Shown here: positions 42,865-57,182 of the stretch, piece by piece
Layout of the letters: each line of letters starts with the position of its first letter
How positions within the stretch are numbered: position 1 is the first letter of the stretch
NCBI GenBank assembly: GCA_964016885.1
Contig: OZ024749.1
Coordinates: 22,816,001 to 22,880,000, forward strand
Direction: 5' to 3'
DNA: 64,000 nucleotides
Source: Eledone cirrhosa
Lineage: Eukaryota
Translations under genes and position numbers: made by a program
Notes under the pieces: model-generated
What the model was told of the DNA's origin: nothing
The model's database searches: none
Seen by the model: only the letters and a program-made list of their open reading frames with translations

Positions 42865-43273
42865 CATGATATTAAATAAATGGAAACTATATTTCAAAAA
42901 CCATATTTATTTTATTATATATATTTCAAGGGCAACCAAGACAAGCTTGGTGCGCTTTCATCAGATAAAATCCAAAGTTTGTTTTATAAATTTCTAGGAA
43001 TAAATTTTTATGAATTTCTAACCGATAATGTTTGTTTTTTCATGGGTACGTCTTTATTTATAAAACAAACTTTGTATTTTATCTGATGAAAGCGCACCAA
43101 GGTTGTTTTGGTTGCCCTTGAAATATATATAATAAAATAAATATGGTTTTATAAATATAGTTTCCATTTATTTAATATCATGGAATATTTACTCCAGTAA
43201 GCTGTTGAGTGCTCTAAAATAGTTATAAACATTTATGTTTGTCGAACTTCCAACAAATTAAATACAACTTCTA
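42865..43273 (+). mobile_element. Palindromic hammerhead element with 3' tail
   Basis: Arms 42865-42991 and 43057-43182. Hammerheads at 42908-42971(-) and 43075-43139(+): tattttat-CTGATGA-aagcgcacc...ggttgccctt-GAAA-tatata-TA-ataaaata. Confidence 0.88.
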
Positions 43274-43417
43274 CATATATATATACACACACACAATGAG
43301 TGAATGTCTGTGTGTGTATGTGTGTGAGTGTCTGTGTGTGTGTGAGAGAGAGAGAGACAGTGAATGTGTGTGTGTGTATGTGTGTGTGAGGCAGGTACTG
43401 AAATACCTAATGCAAAG

Positions 43418-43469
<52 letters not shown>

Positions 43470-43864
43470 CTTTGCATTAGGTATTTCAGTACCTGCCTCA
43501 CACACACATACATACACACACTCACTCTCTCTCACACACACACACACTCACACACATACACACACAGACATTCACTCATTGTTTTCTCTTTCTCTCTCTT
43601 TGTCTCCTTCGGACACGCTACTTAAATTTTCAGGTGCGTTAAACTGTTGAATTCCCTGACTCGTAGAAGACCTTTAAGCTGCCACCTAGCCATCATATAT
43701 TCCTAAATGGTGTCCGCTATGTTTTCAGCATCATTAACGATATTAAATTCATGGAGAAACCCAACCAAGCAGCCCTCTGCCCTATTACCCACCCAAACCA
43801 CACACTTATATCGTAATGCTATAAAGAGCTGAGCAACACGTTTAGAACAATTGACATTTACTGT

Positions 43865-43897
43865 TGTGTCTCTCTCTCACATTATTCTCTCTCTCAG

Positions 43898-43936
<39 letters not shown>

Positions 43937-44485
43937 ATCTGTCTCTCTCTCTCTCTCTGTCTCTCTCTCTCTCTCTCTGTATTATCTGCCTGACTCTTCT
44001 TTCTCTCTCTCACCATTCTTTCTCTCTTTCTTCCACTCACTCCCTCTGTTTCTCTGTACCCCCCTCTCTCTCTGTAGCTCTGTCTTCTCTCTCACTCATC
44101 TTTCTCTTTTTCTTCCCCTCCCTCCCTCGCTCCCTCTGTCTCCCTGCACCTCTCTTTCTCTCACTATTCTCTCTCTCACTCTTCTCTCTCTCTCACTCTT
44201 CTCTTTCTCTCTCTCACTCTCTCTCTCTCACTCTTCTTTCTCTCTTTCTTCCTACTCCCTCCCCCTGTCTCTCTGCACCCCTCTCTCTCTCACTCTTCTC
44301 TCTCTGTATCTCTGTCTTCTCTCTCTCTCACTCTTCTTTCTCTCTTTCTTTCCCTCCTTCCCTCCATCTGTCTCTCTGCACCTCTCTCTCTCTCTCTCAC
44401 TCTTCTCTCACACACTTCTCTCTCTCACTCTTCTTTCTCTCTTTCTTCCCTCCCCCCTCTGTCTCTCTGTATCTCTCTCTCCTCT
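43865..44485. repeat. Long CT-rich (polypyrimidine) degenerate microsatellite
   Basis: ~620 bp almost entirely C/T. Confidence 0.9.
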
Positions 44486-44814
44486 ATTTACTTATTACTG
44501 TATAATGCAATGACAACCATGATGTATAGGCGAACAGTAAACCAGCAAGAATATATCAAGGTATTTACTTAGTTAAGTAATAATAAATATTTGATTCAGG
44601 TCTTAATCTGGTCCACTTAGACATTTTAATTTCCAATGAGTTCCAGTGGTGAGAAAAATCACTGCAAGGTATCAATATATTTAATGTTTCCTTTTTTTTT
44701 TATAGTTGTCTTTATTTCCTGGCAAACTCGTTTGAGTCATTAAAAAGTAAAATAAAATAAAAGTGTGAAATAACATAAAAAATAGAAATGAAAACAAAAC
44801 AAAATAATAATAAT

Positions 44815-45212
44815 TGTTTCTACATTCGGCACAAGGCCAGCAATTAACCAGTACATTACTGGTACTTTATTTTATCGACCCCGTAATGATGAAAGCAAGG
44901 TTAAACTCAACAGGATTTGAACTCATACCGTAAAGGGGCGTAACTATGCTGGAAAGCATGGCGTCCGACCCTCTACCGATACTGCCATGATAATAATAAT
45001 GATCATTATTATTTCTATTATAGGCAAAAAGCCAGTAATTATTTGAGGGGACGGGAAAGTCGTTTAATCGACCCCAATGCATTAGCGATGTTTTATTTCA
45101 TCAACACCATAAGGATGAAAGGCAAAGCTAACCTCGACGGGATTTGAACTCAGAACGCAAGGGGCCATAACTTTATGCTACAAAGCATGGTATCTGACAA
45201 TCTACCAGTACT
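44815..45212 (-). mobile_element. Pair of tRNA-derived SINEs
   Basis: Same family as 27420-27845. Confidence 0.8.
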
Positions 45213-45502
45213 CTTAAATAATCATAATAATACACAGACACTCACAGGAAAACTGACAAATTTACTTCATATGTCTTAGTGTCAAAACTTTCAGAATGAT
45301 GTTAGTGACCTGGTTACTGACCCAATGTGGCTGCCAGTGGTCATGATGCAAGCAATGTGACGACATTTTAACACCGTGAAATAAATGATACATCTTAAAG
45401 GGAACAAATAGTTTTTGTGCGTTTTCGATAGTTTCTTTACATGTATGTATGATATTAATATGTTTGCATCTTGTATTAACACAAACTATGAAATATATGT
45501 AC

Positions 45503-45565
<63 letters not shown>

Positions 45566-45589
45566 CATACATATATATATATATATACA

Positions 45590-45769
<180 letters not shown>

Positions 45770-45778
45770 TATATGTAC

Positions 45779-45815
<37 letters not shown>

Positions 45816-45963
45816 TATGTATGTCCACCACTCTGCCTCACACCATTGGAACTCTTTCCCTGCCCACTTTTTTCCCGATGAAGGGCTTATGCCCGAAACG
45901 TCGTCCCTCACCCCACACTCTCAAGCGTGACCCTAATACTAAAACTGTTTGTACTGCCATATT

Positions 45964-46017
<54 letters not shown>

Positions 46018-46174
46018 TAGCTTTGGTAAAGTACCTGGTGGACCATGCCCACTAGTGTGCTCGATACTTGGGGTAGTAAAGTGGGTTCTAATACTGGTGG
46101 CTTAGTTCAGATCTAGCTGTCGAAACGGCCGGAGCTCAACCGTCAGGGTCCCGAATCTTTTCATATATATATCA

Positions 46175-46248
<74 letters not shown>

Positions 46249-46362
46249 CGTTGACAAATATATCAATATGCCCAGACATGCAGATATATTGCCCTAATAA
46301 AACAATGTATTGCTAAGCACTCTTTGGTTATTCCTATACCTATATATATATATATATATATA

Positions 46363-46450
46363 CAGCATATCACCAAAAATGTATACACAATTCAAAAGCA
46401 ATCAAATAAACATTGCCTGTATAATCAAGGTGTATGCATCATTTTGGGAC

Positions 46451-46456
<6 letters not shown>
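46363..46456. mobile_element. Tc1/mariner-type MITE remnant in (TA)n
   Basis: Imperfect TIRs ta|cagcatatcaccaaaaatgtatacac ... gtgtatgcatcattttgggacaccct|ata. Confidence 0.5.
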
Positions 46457-46523
<67 letters not shown>

Positions 46524-47889
46524 CTATCTAATTTTAAAAGGTTTAACTCACATCACAGATTTCTCCTCAGTGAAAGACTATCGGAAATAGCCTTAACACC
46601 TTCTAGCTATACATCTATCAAATACATAGTTCAGTGCAGAGAGACAATTATTTAGTTCGGTAAGTAATTAAGGTGTTAAATTACTTAGAAAATTACCCCA
46701 CTTACTTTCCTTCTCCCTCTTTTAATGAACATTCAGCTGTTCTCTAATTAAATGCAGCAGAATATCATCCATGTGTAAGGTGGAGAAAAAAAAAATGTCT
46801 AAACCTACAACAGAAAAAAAAATTCATAAACCTACAACAATTTCACCTACAGTTAAAAGAAAGTTCCTTTAAAAGAAAATTAAAATTTTAAAATAAGCAA
46901 CAAATGTAATTTTCCTTGAAATTAATTGTCAATTTCTAAGAATTATCTAACCTGGCTCCTACATATTTGAGCGCAATAAATATTTGCAGCTAGGTTTGTT
47001 TTCTGCAACTAAGAGGAAAATTTCTACCAATTTATTTGTGTGTAAATGTACATGTTTGGGGTATTTTTATAGAGGTGATTATATTTATAGTATAGAGCGG
47101 TTAATTACGCGTCATCAAATGATATTTGTAGTTCTTTCATCCACCCAAACCAAACAGTGAGTATGTTTTACAATATACTTCTGGCAATGCTACACCAGCA
47201 TGACCCTCACCAAATATAACAATATTTGTTTAAGCACACAATTTCATATAAAAAAATCTTACAAAACAGATTCATTGCCGTCACATATATATTCTTCACA
47301 TTTCTTTCATGTATAGAGGCTGTCTATATTGTGTTTCTGCATCTAGTTCTATTGCATTGTATATGTTGTGACATACAGCGTATTCAGTGTACAATAATAT
47401 TTCGTATGGAAACAATTGTAGAGTTACCCTAAGGAACACACTCTTCACATTTGTTGACTCCATCTAACACTTATTTCTGTCAACCGGCCCTACTGTGCAT
47501 TTAGAAACAATTAGATGTAACACATGTACAGTTGCCACACCCAGGGAAACTCCGACGACAAACAACTCCAAACATAATGTAGGGTTGTAGTATTTTAGAG
47601 TAGCACAATTATACTAACATTTTATATATACTTTGCCTTTCAACCTTACGGAGTCGATAAAATAAAGTACAAGTAATACACAGGTAATTGCTGGCCTTGT
47701 GCCTAATGTAGAAACAATTATATATATATATATACCGAAGGAGGTGTGGTAAGAACCAGATTGACCATAACGCACCAGAGTACTCAATACTTAGGGTAGT
47801 AGAGTGGATAATAGGAAAAGGTTTGACCCCGACGGCAGAGCTCAAGCCGTTTCAACGGCTTGATCTCTGCCGTCAGGGTTAAACATTTT

Positions 47890-47952
<63 letters not shown>

Positions 47953-48048
47953 ATGTATATTGTATATATATATGTATATGTATATATATATATGTATCTT
48001 TGTATATATATATATATATGTACATGTATGTAGATATATATATGTATA

Positions 48049-48095
<47 letters not shown>

Positions 48096-48106
48096 CTATG
48101 TATATG

Positions 48107-48146
<40 letters not shown>

Positions 48147-48189
48147 TATATGTATCTATGTATATCTATATATATATGTACATGTATGT

Positions 48190-48289
<100 letters not shown>

Positions 48290-49016
48290 GATTCCACCTG
48301 GTTGTGGTGGGGTTGATAACGTTAGGACCCAATGTATTCTAGGAAGTGTAGCTGTGGTGAGAATCGGCAGTGTGACCGGTAATTATTTTGGTAGTTGATC
48401 ACCACTTAAGGTATACTCGGGTGTTTCTGAGGAGGAAGGCCAATTGAAGATGGTTCTCGAGATAGTAATGGTTAGTAAATTAATCACTACTATGTTAGTT
48501 GATATATTCATTTCCACCATTCAATCAACCCTCTGAAACGATCGTAAAACAATGAACTAACTATCTACCAACATGAGACTTCTGTTTCTATTGTTCGAAC
48601 ACTCACACACACACACACACACACACAAACACATACACACACACATACACACAGACACACATACAGATACACACATACCCCCCTCCCTCTATATATATAT
48701 ATGAAAGGAAGTAAGAATATTCGTTTCTGAAGGCTAATTCACGTTTGTGGAAATGAATATGTGAAGCAAAGAATTGAAAGTGGCAGTTTAGCGGTTAGTT
48801 GTGCTCAACGTAGTCGGTGGAGTTGAGTAACATGAGTATCTTAATGATACGAGAGGCGTCATCGTGCTTGCTACACCACAGTCACGGCTGGAATGACTAT
48901 AGATTTCAGAAATTATGACCGTTGTGCTCGAATCAATCAAACAGAGATCAATTTCAACTTCCATAATCGACAAATATAAATTTAAATACCAAATCAAAGG
49001 AATGATTATATCATAG

Positions 49017-49430
49017 TTTCTGATTTAGACAAAGGGTCAACGACATTTGGGGGAGGGGAATGGGGGAGGGGAAAGTCGATTAAATCGACCCCAATACGTT
49101 ATTGGTGCATTATTTTATCGACCCTATAAGGATGAAAGGTAAAGCTAACCTTGGCGGGATTTGAACTCTGAGTGGAAAGGGCTTTAACTATATGCCGTAA
49201 AGCATAATATACGACGCTCTACCGATACTGTCAAATATAATATAATTGTTTCTACTTTTAGCACAAGGCCAGCAATTGTCCAGTGCATTACTGGTACTTT
49301 ATTTTATCGACCCCGTAAGGATGAAAGGCAAAGTTAACCTCGGCGGGATTTGAACTCAGAAGGGCAAGGCCCGAAACTCTATGCGTCAAAGCATGGCGTC
49401 CGACCCTCTACCGATACTGCCAATCCAGCG
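49017..49430 (-). mobile_element. Pair of tRNA-derived SINEs
   Basis: Same family as 27420-27845. Confidence 0.8.
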
Positions 49431-49496
49431 AGATAATATAATGTGGTAGAGGAATCTATGTTTCTAGGAGTAAGACCTGAGAGTTACGGCTAGAAT

Positions 49497-49658
49497 TACC
49501 ATATTTGCCGGCACCGAAGATGCTTCGTCCTGGAGGACGCACCCTAATTTTGACAACCAAAAATTTGAAAAAAAAAATAATAAACAACCTTCGTCCTCCA
49601 GGACGCATGGTAGACTTTTGAGTCGTATTTTAAGAAAAAAGTAGCGTCTTCGACGGTA
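49497..49658. mobile_element. pogo/Tigger-like MITE
   Basis: TACCatattt...gaagatgct at left and agcgtcttcg..cGGTA at right; internal cgtcctggaggacg / cgtcctccaggacg inverted motifs. Confidence 0.55.
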
Positions 49659-49946
49659 CTTTGATCATGGGTCTGTAGCCCATTGCCTTTTCAGTTCAAA
49701 TACAGCGGCAGTAGTTATATATATCTGTGTCGATAAATAAAATAAAATCCTATCGAGAAAAGAAGAGATAAGGTGTCGGTTAGCGTTGTTTACGTCTCGT
49801 CGTGTACGAATTATTCCCCTTACTAAATACCCACTAACATTAGTGTTATTAGAAAAAGCGGGAATCGAGACTAATCTGAAACAAAATACCAATATATCTA
49901 TATCAAGATGTCATTAAAAAAAATGTTCAATGCGACAAGATGTTAT

Positions 49947-50032
<86 letters not shown>

Positions 50033-50188
50033 TAAATGGAAACTATATTTATATAAGCATATTTATGTTATTAGATATATTTCAAGGTAAGTTATGGTGC
50101 GCTTTCATTAGATAAAATACAGATTTGTTTTATAAATAAATATTGACATACCCGGAAAAAAAGACAACCTCAGCGGTTGAAATTCGCT

Positions 50189-50244
<56 letters not shown>

Positions 50245-50888
50245 AAGATATATATTGAGTTAGAAACTCAAAATAGTCTCTTACAATAAAATAGCTCTAA
50301 GAAAGAGATCTTTACGAGCCGTATATTATAATTGAATATAAAAGAAAAACGAACACAGATATATACATATATGTGTTCAAATCGCAAGGGACCAGATCTG
50401 CTAAGGTGGAAAGAATACTAACTATAGACAATAGGGTTTGCCTGGAAAATAATTTTGAAAACGATACAATACATTAGGAAGAACCTTACTATAACAAAGT
50501 GATCTTACAAAAGCAAATTTAATGGTCCCAAATATTTTCGGTTTAAAAACCGATTATAAAGGGAGTAACTCTATGAGAGACTTAAAAGGTCAATCGGACT
50601 GACTTGCTTGTTAGGAGAGCAGATTTAAGTTAAATGAGATGAAAAGACGGTAATGTTCGAACGTGCGTGTTGTGAACTGTATAGTATATGCATGTATGTG
50701 CGTGAATGAATGCTTAGTAGGATGTTTGTATGTGTAAGCATGAATGTAAGTTTATGTAGTGAATGATGAATATAACAAGACGGAAAAATGCGTGCGATAT
50801 ATGTATGTATATATATACATATATATCTTAATGAAATAATTCCGTCGGAAATTTTTTAAAAATCCAGTCAATAAATACACCAGGATTT

Positions 50889-50949
50889 TTTCATTCTGAT
50901 GACTGAAAGCAAATTTTGTTTGCTTTCAAGAAACCACTGGTTAATGAAA
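50889..50949 (+). ncRNA. Type-I hammerhead ribozyme
   Basis: tttcatt-CTGATGA-c tgaaagcaaa(ttttg)tttgctttca a-GAAA-ccactgg-TT-aatgaaa. Confidence 0.88.
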
Positions 50950-50978
50950 TAATTATCTTATGTTGTTTTTTACATAAC

Positions 50979-51027
<49 letters not shown>

Positions 51028-51030
<3 letters not shown>

Positions 51031-51436
51031 GAGGTTATATTTAATTTGTTGTGATTCAACAAGTTTAAAAAAAAATTATAACTGATATAAAGCACTTAAC
51101 AGTTTAGTGGAGTAAATATACAATATATTAATAAATGGGAACTATATTTATAAAACCATAATTATTTTATTATATATATTTCAAGGGCGACCAAGGTAAA
51201 TTATGGTGCGCTTTCATCAGATAATATACAGATTTGTTTTATAAATAAATATTGACATACCCGGAAAAAAGACAACCTCAACGGTTGAAATTCGCTGGAT
51301 AGTCCATTTATAAAACAAATATGTATTTTATCTGATTAAAGCGCACCATAATTTACCTTGGTCGCCCTTGAAATATATATAATAAAATAATTATGGTTTT
51401 ATAAATATAGTTTCCATTTATTAATATATTGTATTA
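51028..51436 (-). mobile_element. Palindromic hammerhead element (family of 42865-43273)
   Basis: Tail on the left. Intact hammerhead 51163-51228(-); mirror 51324-51389(+) has CTGATTA. Degenerate copy at 50029-50192. Confidence 0.85.
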
Positions 51437-51440
51437 TATA

Positions 51441-51510
<70 letters not shown>

Positions 51511-52076
51511 CAGCCATGCAGTATTCTTCTCCCCATATTTTTCATATATTTACCTAAACTGCGATTCTGTGTTTCTCTCTATCTCTCTTACTGCTCCCTC
51601 GTTCTCTCTGTTTCTCTTACTTTCTTTCGTCCCCTCTGTCATGTCAGTTAACACTTTCTCTCTACTGACCTCTTCCTCGCACTTGCACTCACTCACTCTC
51701 TCTCTGTTTCTCCCCTTCTCACCTCCTCCCGTTCGCTACGAAAACGATTTTCCTTCTTTCTAACATCGGATTCACTAACGGAAGGTCTGTTTCTAACTCG
51801 CTGATATATTCACACAGCTTTTGCTGATAGAATAACCATGTTGCTTGTGTTTCTTTCCATCTTCGGTTAGCTTTCCCCTGTGTTGTTTACTTGTCTCACT
51901 CGCTTTACGCGTTTCAATCGTCCTAATAACTTATTTTAGTTATTATCGCTCCAACGTGAGGTATCTGTATTTTAATGCGATGAAATACCAATGATCGTTG
52001 GCAAATCACTGATGAGGGACTCATTTTATAACATGTAAATCCATGTGCAACCATGCAGTATTCTTCTCCCCATATT

Positions 52077-52114
<38 letters not shown>

Positions 52115-52383
52115 AAATAAGTAAGTTAGACATGTTAAATTTGGCTTCGTTTACTATAAATTCTATGCTATATATATTACAGTGACAGCCATTATTGGTT
52201 TTGAGCTCATCAGGCAGTACGAACCAATGTAGAAAAAACAGGTAAACATGGTGTTGAAATGTGTTCCACGTTCAATTCATCGATATGTCCAGTTCCCGCG
52301 TGTGTTGTTAGTCCTCCGGTGGACTGGGATCATATACAAACAACCAACACATACTTAATATATATATATATATTTATATATAT

Positions 52384-52680
52384 GAGCAAAAGGGATATTT
52401 ATTTTGTTGGTAATTCAACGAATATACATGTTTATAACTAATTCGAAGCACTCGACACTTTTTCTAGAGTATAATAGTCAATGATATTAGATAAATGGAA
52501 ACTATATTTATGAAACCATATTTATTCTATTATATATATTTCAAGGGTAACAAAACGTTCGTACGCTCTCATCAGATAAAATACGAAGTTTGTTTTATTA
52601 ATATTGACATATACAGGAAGAAGATCTTAACGGTTCAAGTTTTCCAGAGGAAAAAATGGAACCGTTAAGATCTTCTTCTT
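52384..52680 (-). mobile_element. Hammerhead element with 5' terminal hairpin (family of 42865-43273)
   Basis: Hammerhead 52523-52583(-) with CTGATGA/GAAA/tatata/TA; hairpin gaagaagatcttaacggttc...gaaccgttaagatcttcttc. Confidence 0.8.
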
Positions 52681-52694
52681 ATATATATATATAA

Positions 52695-52784
<90 letters not shown>

Positions 52785-52803
52785 CTATGTATATGTATAT
52801 ATA

Positions 52804-52852
<49 letters not shown>

Positions 52853-52903
52853 CTATGTATATCTATATATATATGTACATGTATGTAGATATATATATGT
52901 AGA

Positions 52904-52987
<84 letters not shown>

Positions 52988-53099
52988 AGAAGAGTCAGGG
53001 CCGCGACGGCTGAGCACCGGCCATTTCGACAGCTAGTTCTGGACTCGCTGTCGAAACGGTCGGAGCTCAGCCGTCGGTGTCCTACCTCTTTTCCTATTA

Positions 53100-53146
<47 letters not shown>

Positions 53147-53368
53147 CATATGTGAATGTGTGTCTGAAAATTGAATGGAATCAGATAAAATGGTTACATT
53201 TGGAGCGTCTGTGTTCAGAAAACCACACGATCACCATTAATACCATTTAATACATGAATAGAAGTATTCATGTATTTAACGTCTACTAGAGATGAATGTA
53301 TAGACTATATACAACGAAAAGTCGATTTTCCTTTGTATCACTTTAAACATACATACATATCAGATATA

Positions 53369-53405
<37 letters not shown>

Positions 53406-53416
53406 TTTGTCTCAGT

Positions 53417-53485
<69 letters not shown>

Positions 53486-53671
53486 GACGTATAAGAACAT
53501 GGTTCAGACATACAGCCCTTCTATACCTCCCCTTTTGTCAACCCTGTTCTCCTGTCTATATTTACGCTCGCGTGCTCCATTACACAATTGTGAATATACA
53601 ATATTGTCTGAAATCAACAGCTGCATACATACATACACATATACATACGTATATGCATCAGTACATAAATT

Positions 53672-53884
<213 letters not shown>

Positions 53885-53948
53885 GTATGTATGTATATTC
53901 ATGTATACATACATTTTAACATGAGTATATATATATAAACATATAAAA

Positions 53949-53993
<45 letters not shown>

Positions 53994-54012
53994 TATTTAT
54001 ATATATTTATAT

Positions 54013-54099
<87 letters not shown>

Positions 54100-54984
54100 C
54101 ACATTTACACATATATGCCTCCCCTGCCCAAAAGGATAATAAAAAATATATACATAAATATATACAAATATATACAAACATATACAAATATATACAAATA
54201 ATTTTGTAGATTCAACAAGAAATTAAAAATTAATAAAAAAAAACGACACACAGACACCCGACAAAAATCCAAAAATTAACCTAAAGAATTTTAAAATATT
54301 TTTTTACATTTTATTTCCCTCCTCCAAATTTTATTTCCTTCATCTATATTTTATTTCGTTCTATCATTATATATTGTGTTGTTTTATTTTTTGTTTCCAT
54401 AAAATATTTCTTGTAGTCTTGGGTTTGTTTTGTTGTTTTAGTTTATTGAATTGTTTGTTATAGTTTTACTTATTTTTTGTACCTACGATATATATACACA
54501 CGTATATATATATATATGTATATACAGTATACATACATATATATATATATATATATGAAAATGTATGTATGTGTGTATATTAATATATGTATATGTATAT
54601 ATATGTGTATATATATGTGTATATATATACACATATATACGTATCTAATTGAGTTTTTTTTTTTTTTTTTCATCTTTCTACATTGTCTGACATCAAATGT
54701 TGTGATTTATATTTGCAATTCAACTGTGTCAACAGAAATTGACTATAAAATTATTCACAACTTACAGAGAGAAAGAAAGAGACAAAAACACATTTTTTTT
54801 TTCTCGAAAATTCGAAAACGGAAAAACAACAAATACAACAAGACAAGAATATAACACAAAAAAATCAATAGATACATAAACAAACAAGAGGGTAGATGAA
54901 ACTTCATGCTTTGATTATATATTCCTCCATTTGGAGAGTTTAAATATTTATTTGTATATACAAAACACTTATATATGTATGTAT

Positions 54985-55068
<84 letters not shown>

Positions 55069-55177
55069 ATATATATATATCCACACATAATATATACATA
55101 ATGTATGCATATATATATATATATACATGTATATATACATATATATACATATATATATTTGTATATAACTAAGTATA

Positions 55178-55258
<81 letters not shown>

Positions 55259-55312
55259 ATATATATGTATACACACATAATATATACATAATGTATGTAT
55301 ATATATATATAA

Positions 55313-55364
<52 letters not shown>

Positions 55365-55386
55365 GTATATATCTAAGTAAATATAT

Positions 55387-55463
<77 letters not shown>

Positions 55464-55978
55464 CATATATATTTATTTAAATGTATATAAATGTATATTT
55501 ATATATATATATGTATATTTGTAAATATATAAATATATATATATATATTATTTAAGTCTATACATGTATTTATAAACATAAATATGTGTACATATTTATA
55601 TATATTCAAATTGTGTTTATTTTATATTGATTTTGAATATAAAGTTTTGAATAAAGTTATGTTATTTTGTTAAGGTAAAAGCAACAATGCACACGCATGC
55701 AAACAGGAATACTCATACACATAACCACAGAGAGGCATATATACATACATGTCTACACGCGTACATACGCCTAACTGTATACCTGAAATTGAATACAGAT
55801 AAGTATGCATACCAATCTATGCAATAATATGTATGCATTTATCTATATTTATATATACTGTATATATGCAGACCTGTATATACCTGTATACGTGTATCTT
55901 ATTCCCACTTTATATACACATATAAGGATATGCTCATAAGTACACATATAAACACACGCAGACACTCAAACACACGCA

Positions 55979-56026
<48 letters not shown>

Positions 56027-56029
<3 letters not shown>

Positions 56030-56258
56030 CACCGTAATTTTGACTAAAGGAATTTTAGCCTGATAATGGGGTTTAGACCCCTCAGATAAATGGAAAAAGG
56101 TGAATATTCATCAGGTGTACGTCAATACTCATCTTTTTCCATTTATCTGAGGGTTCTAAACCCCATTATCAGGCTAAAATCCCTTTAGTCAAAATTACGG
56201 TGAAAGCTATTCTATTTTCTAATTTCAAACCTGCTCACTGTTTCAAAACATACTTACT

Positions 56259-56260
<2 letters not shown>
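56027..56260 (+). mobile_element. Fold-back element with 3' tail in (TA)n
   Basis: ~75-bp inverted arms 56027-56102 and 56130-56205 plus a 55-nt tail. No hammerhead core recognised. Confidence 0.7.
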
Positions 56261-56302
<42 letters not shown>

Positions 56303-56339
56303 GCGTGTGTTTGAGTGTGTGCGTGTGTTTATATGTGTA

Positions 56340-56407
<68 letters not shown>

Positions 56408-56534
56408 TATATACATAAATGTACATTTAAATATATATATCAGAAAGTGTGTGGTAAAATACCAGGTGGACCATAACCCACCAGAGTACTCGATAGATGG
56501 GGTAGTACAGAGTGGGTAATATGACATATTCCTG

Positions 56535-56598
<64 letters not shown>

Positions 56599-56675
56599 GA
56601 ACAGATTAAAGTTTAAGCAAAGAATCGCTCCTTTTACATTTATTATTACTATTACTATTATTATTATTATTATTG

Positions 56676-56960
56676 AGCGGTGGATTGGCAGTATCGGTAG
56701 AGAGTCGGACGCCATGCTTTCCAGCATAGAGTTATGTCCCTTTAAGGACTGAGTTCAAATTCCATCGAGGTTAACTTTGCCTTTCATCCTTACGGGGTGG
56801 ATAAAATAAAGTACCAGTCACACACTGGGGTCGTTTTAATCGATTTTCCCTTGCACCCCAAAACTTGCTGGCCTAGTGCCTATATAAGAAACCATTATTA
56901 AAGTACCAGTAATACACTGAAATAATTGCTGGCCTTGTGCCAAAAGTAGAAACAATTATT
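56676..56960 (+). mobile_element. tRNA-derived SINE with two 3' tails
   Basis: A-box tggcagtatcgg, B-box gagttcaaattcc, central gcctttcatccttacgggg..gataaaataaagtaccag, tail ggccttgtgccaaaagtagaaacaattattatt. Partial or diverged copies at 35072-35270, 47632-47718, 62527-62650 and 63128-63280. Confidence 0.85.
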
Positions 56961-57070
56961 ATTATCATCATTATTATCATATATATATAGTAATAATAAT
57001 AATAATAATGAGAAGAAGATTCTTTGCTTAAACTTTAATCTGTTATTTTAATAAATATATATAACATATA

Positions 57071-57172
<102 letters not shown>

Positions 57173-57182
57173 GCAAATAGTT

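Noticed and set aside
44621-44668. Possible AG...GT micro-exon containing ATG
   Set aside because: Weak acceptor, no homology or partner exons; expected by chance.
52140-52220. Minus-strand CTGATGA at ~52207-52213
   Set aside because: No GAAA, stem III or stem I could be completed; at most a remnant.
56676-56765. A/B boxes as tRNA genes
   Set aside because: No complete cloverleaf; always continuous with the SINE body and tail.
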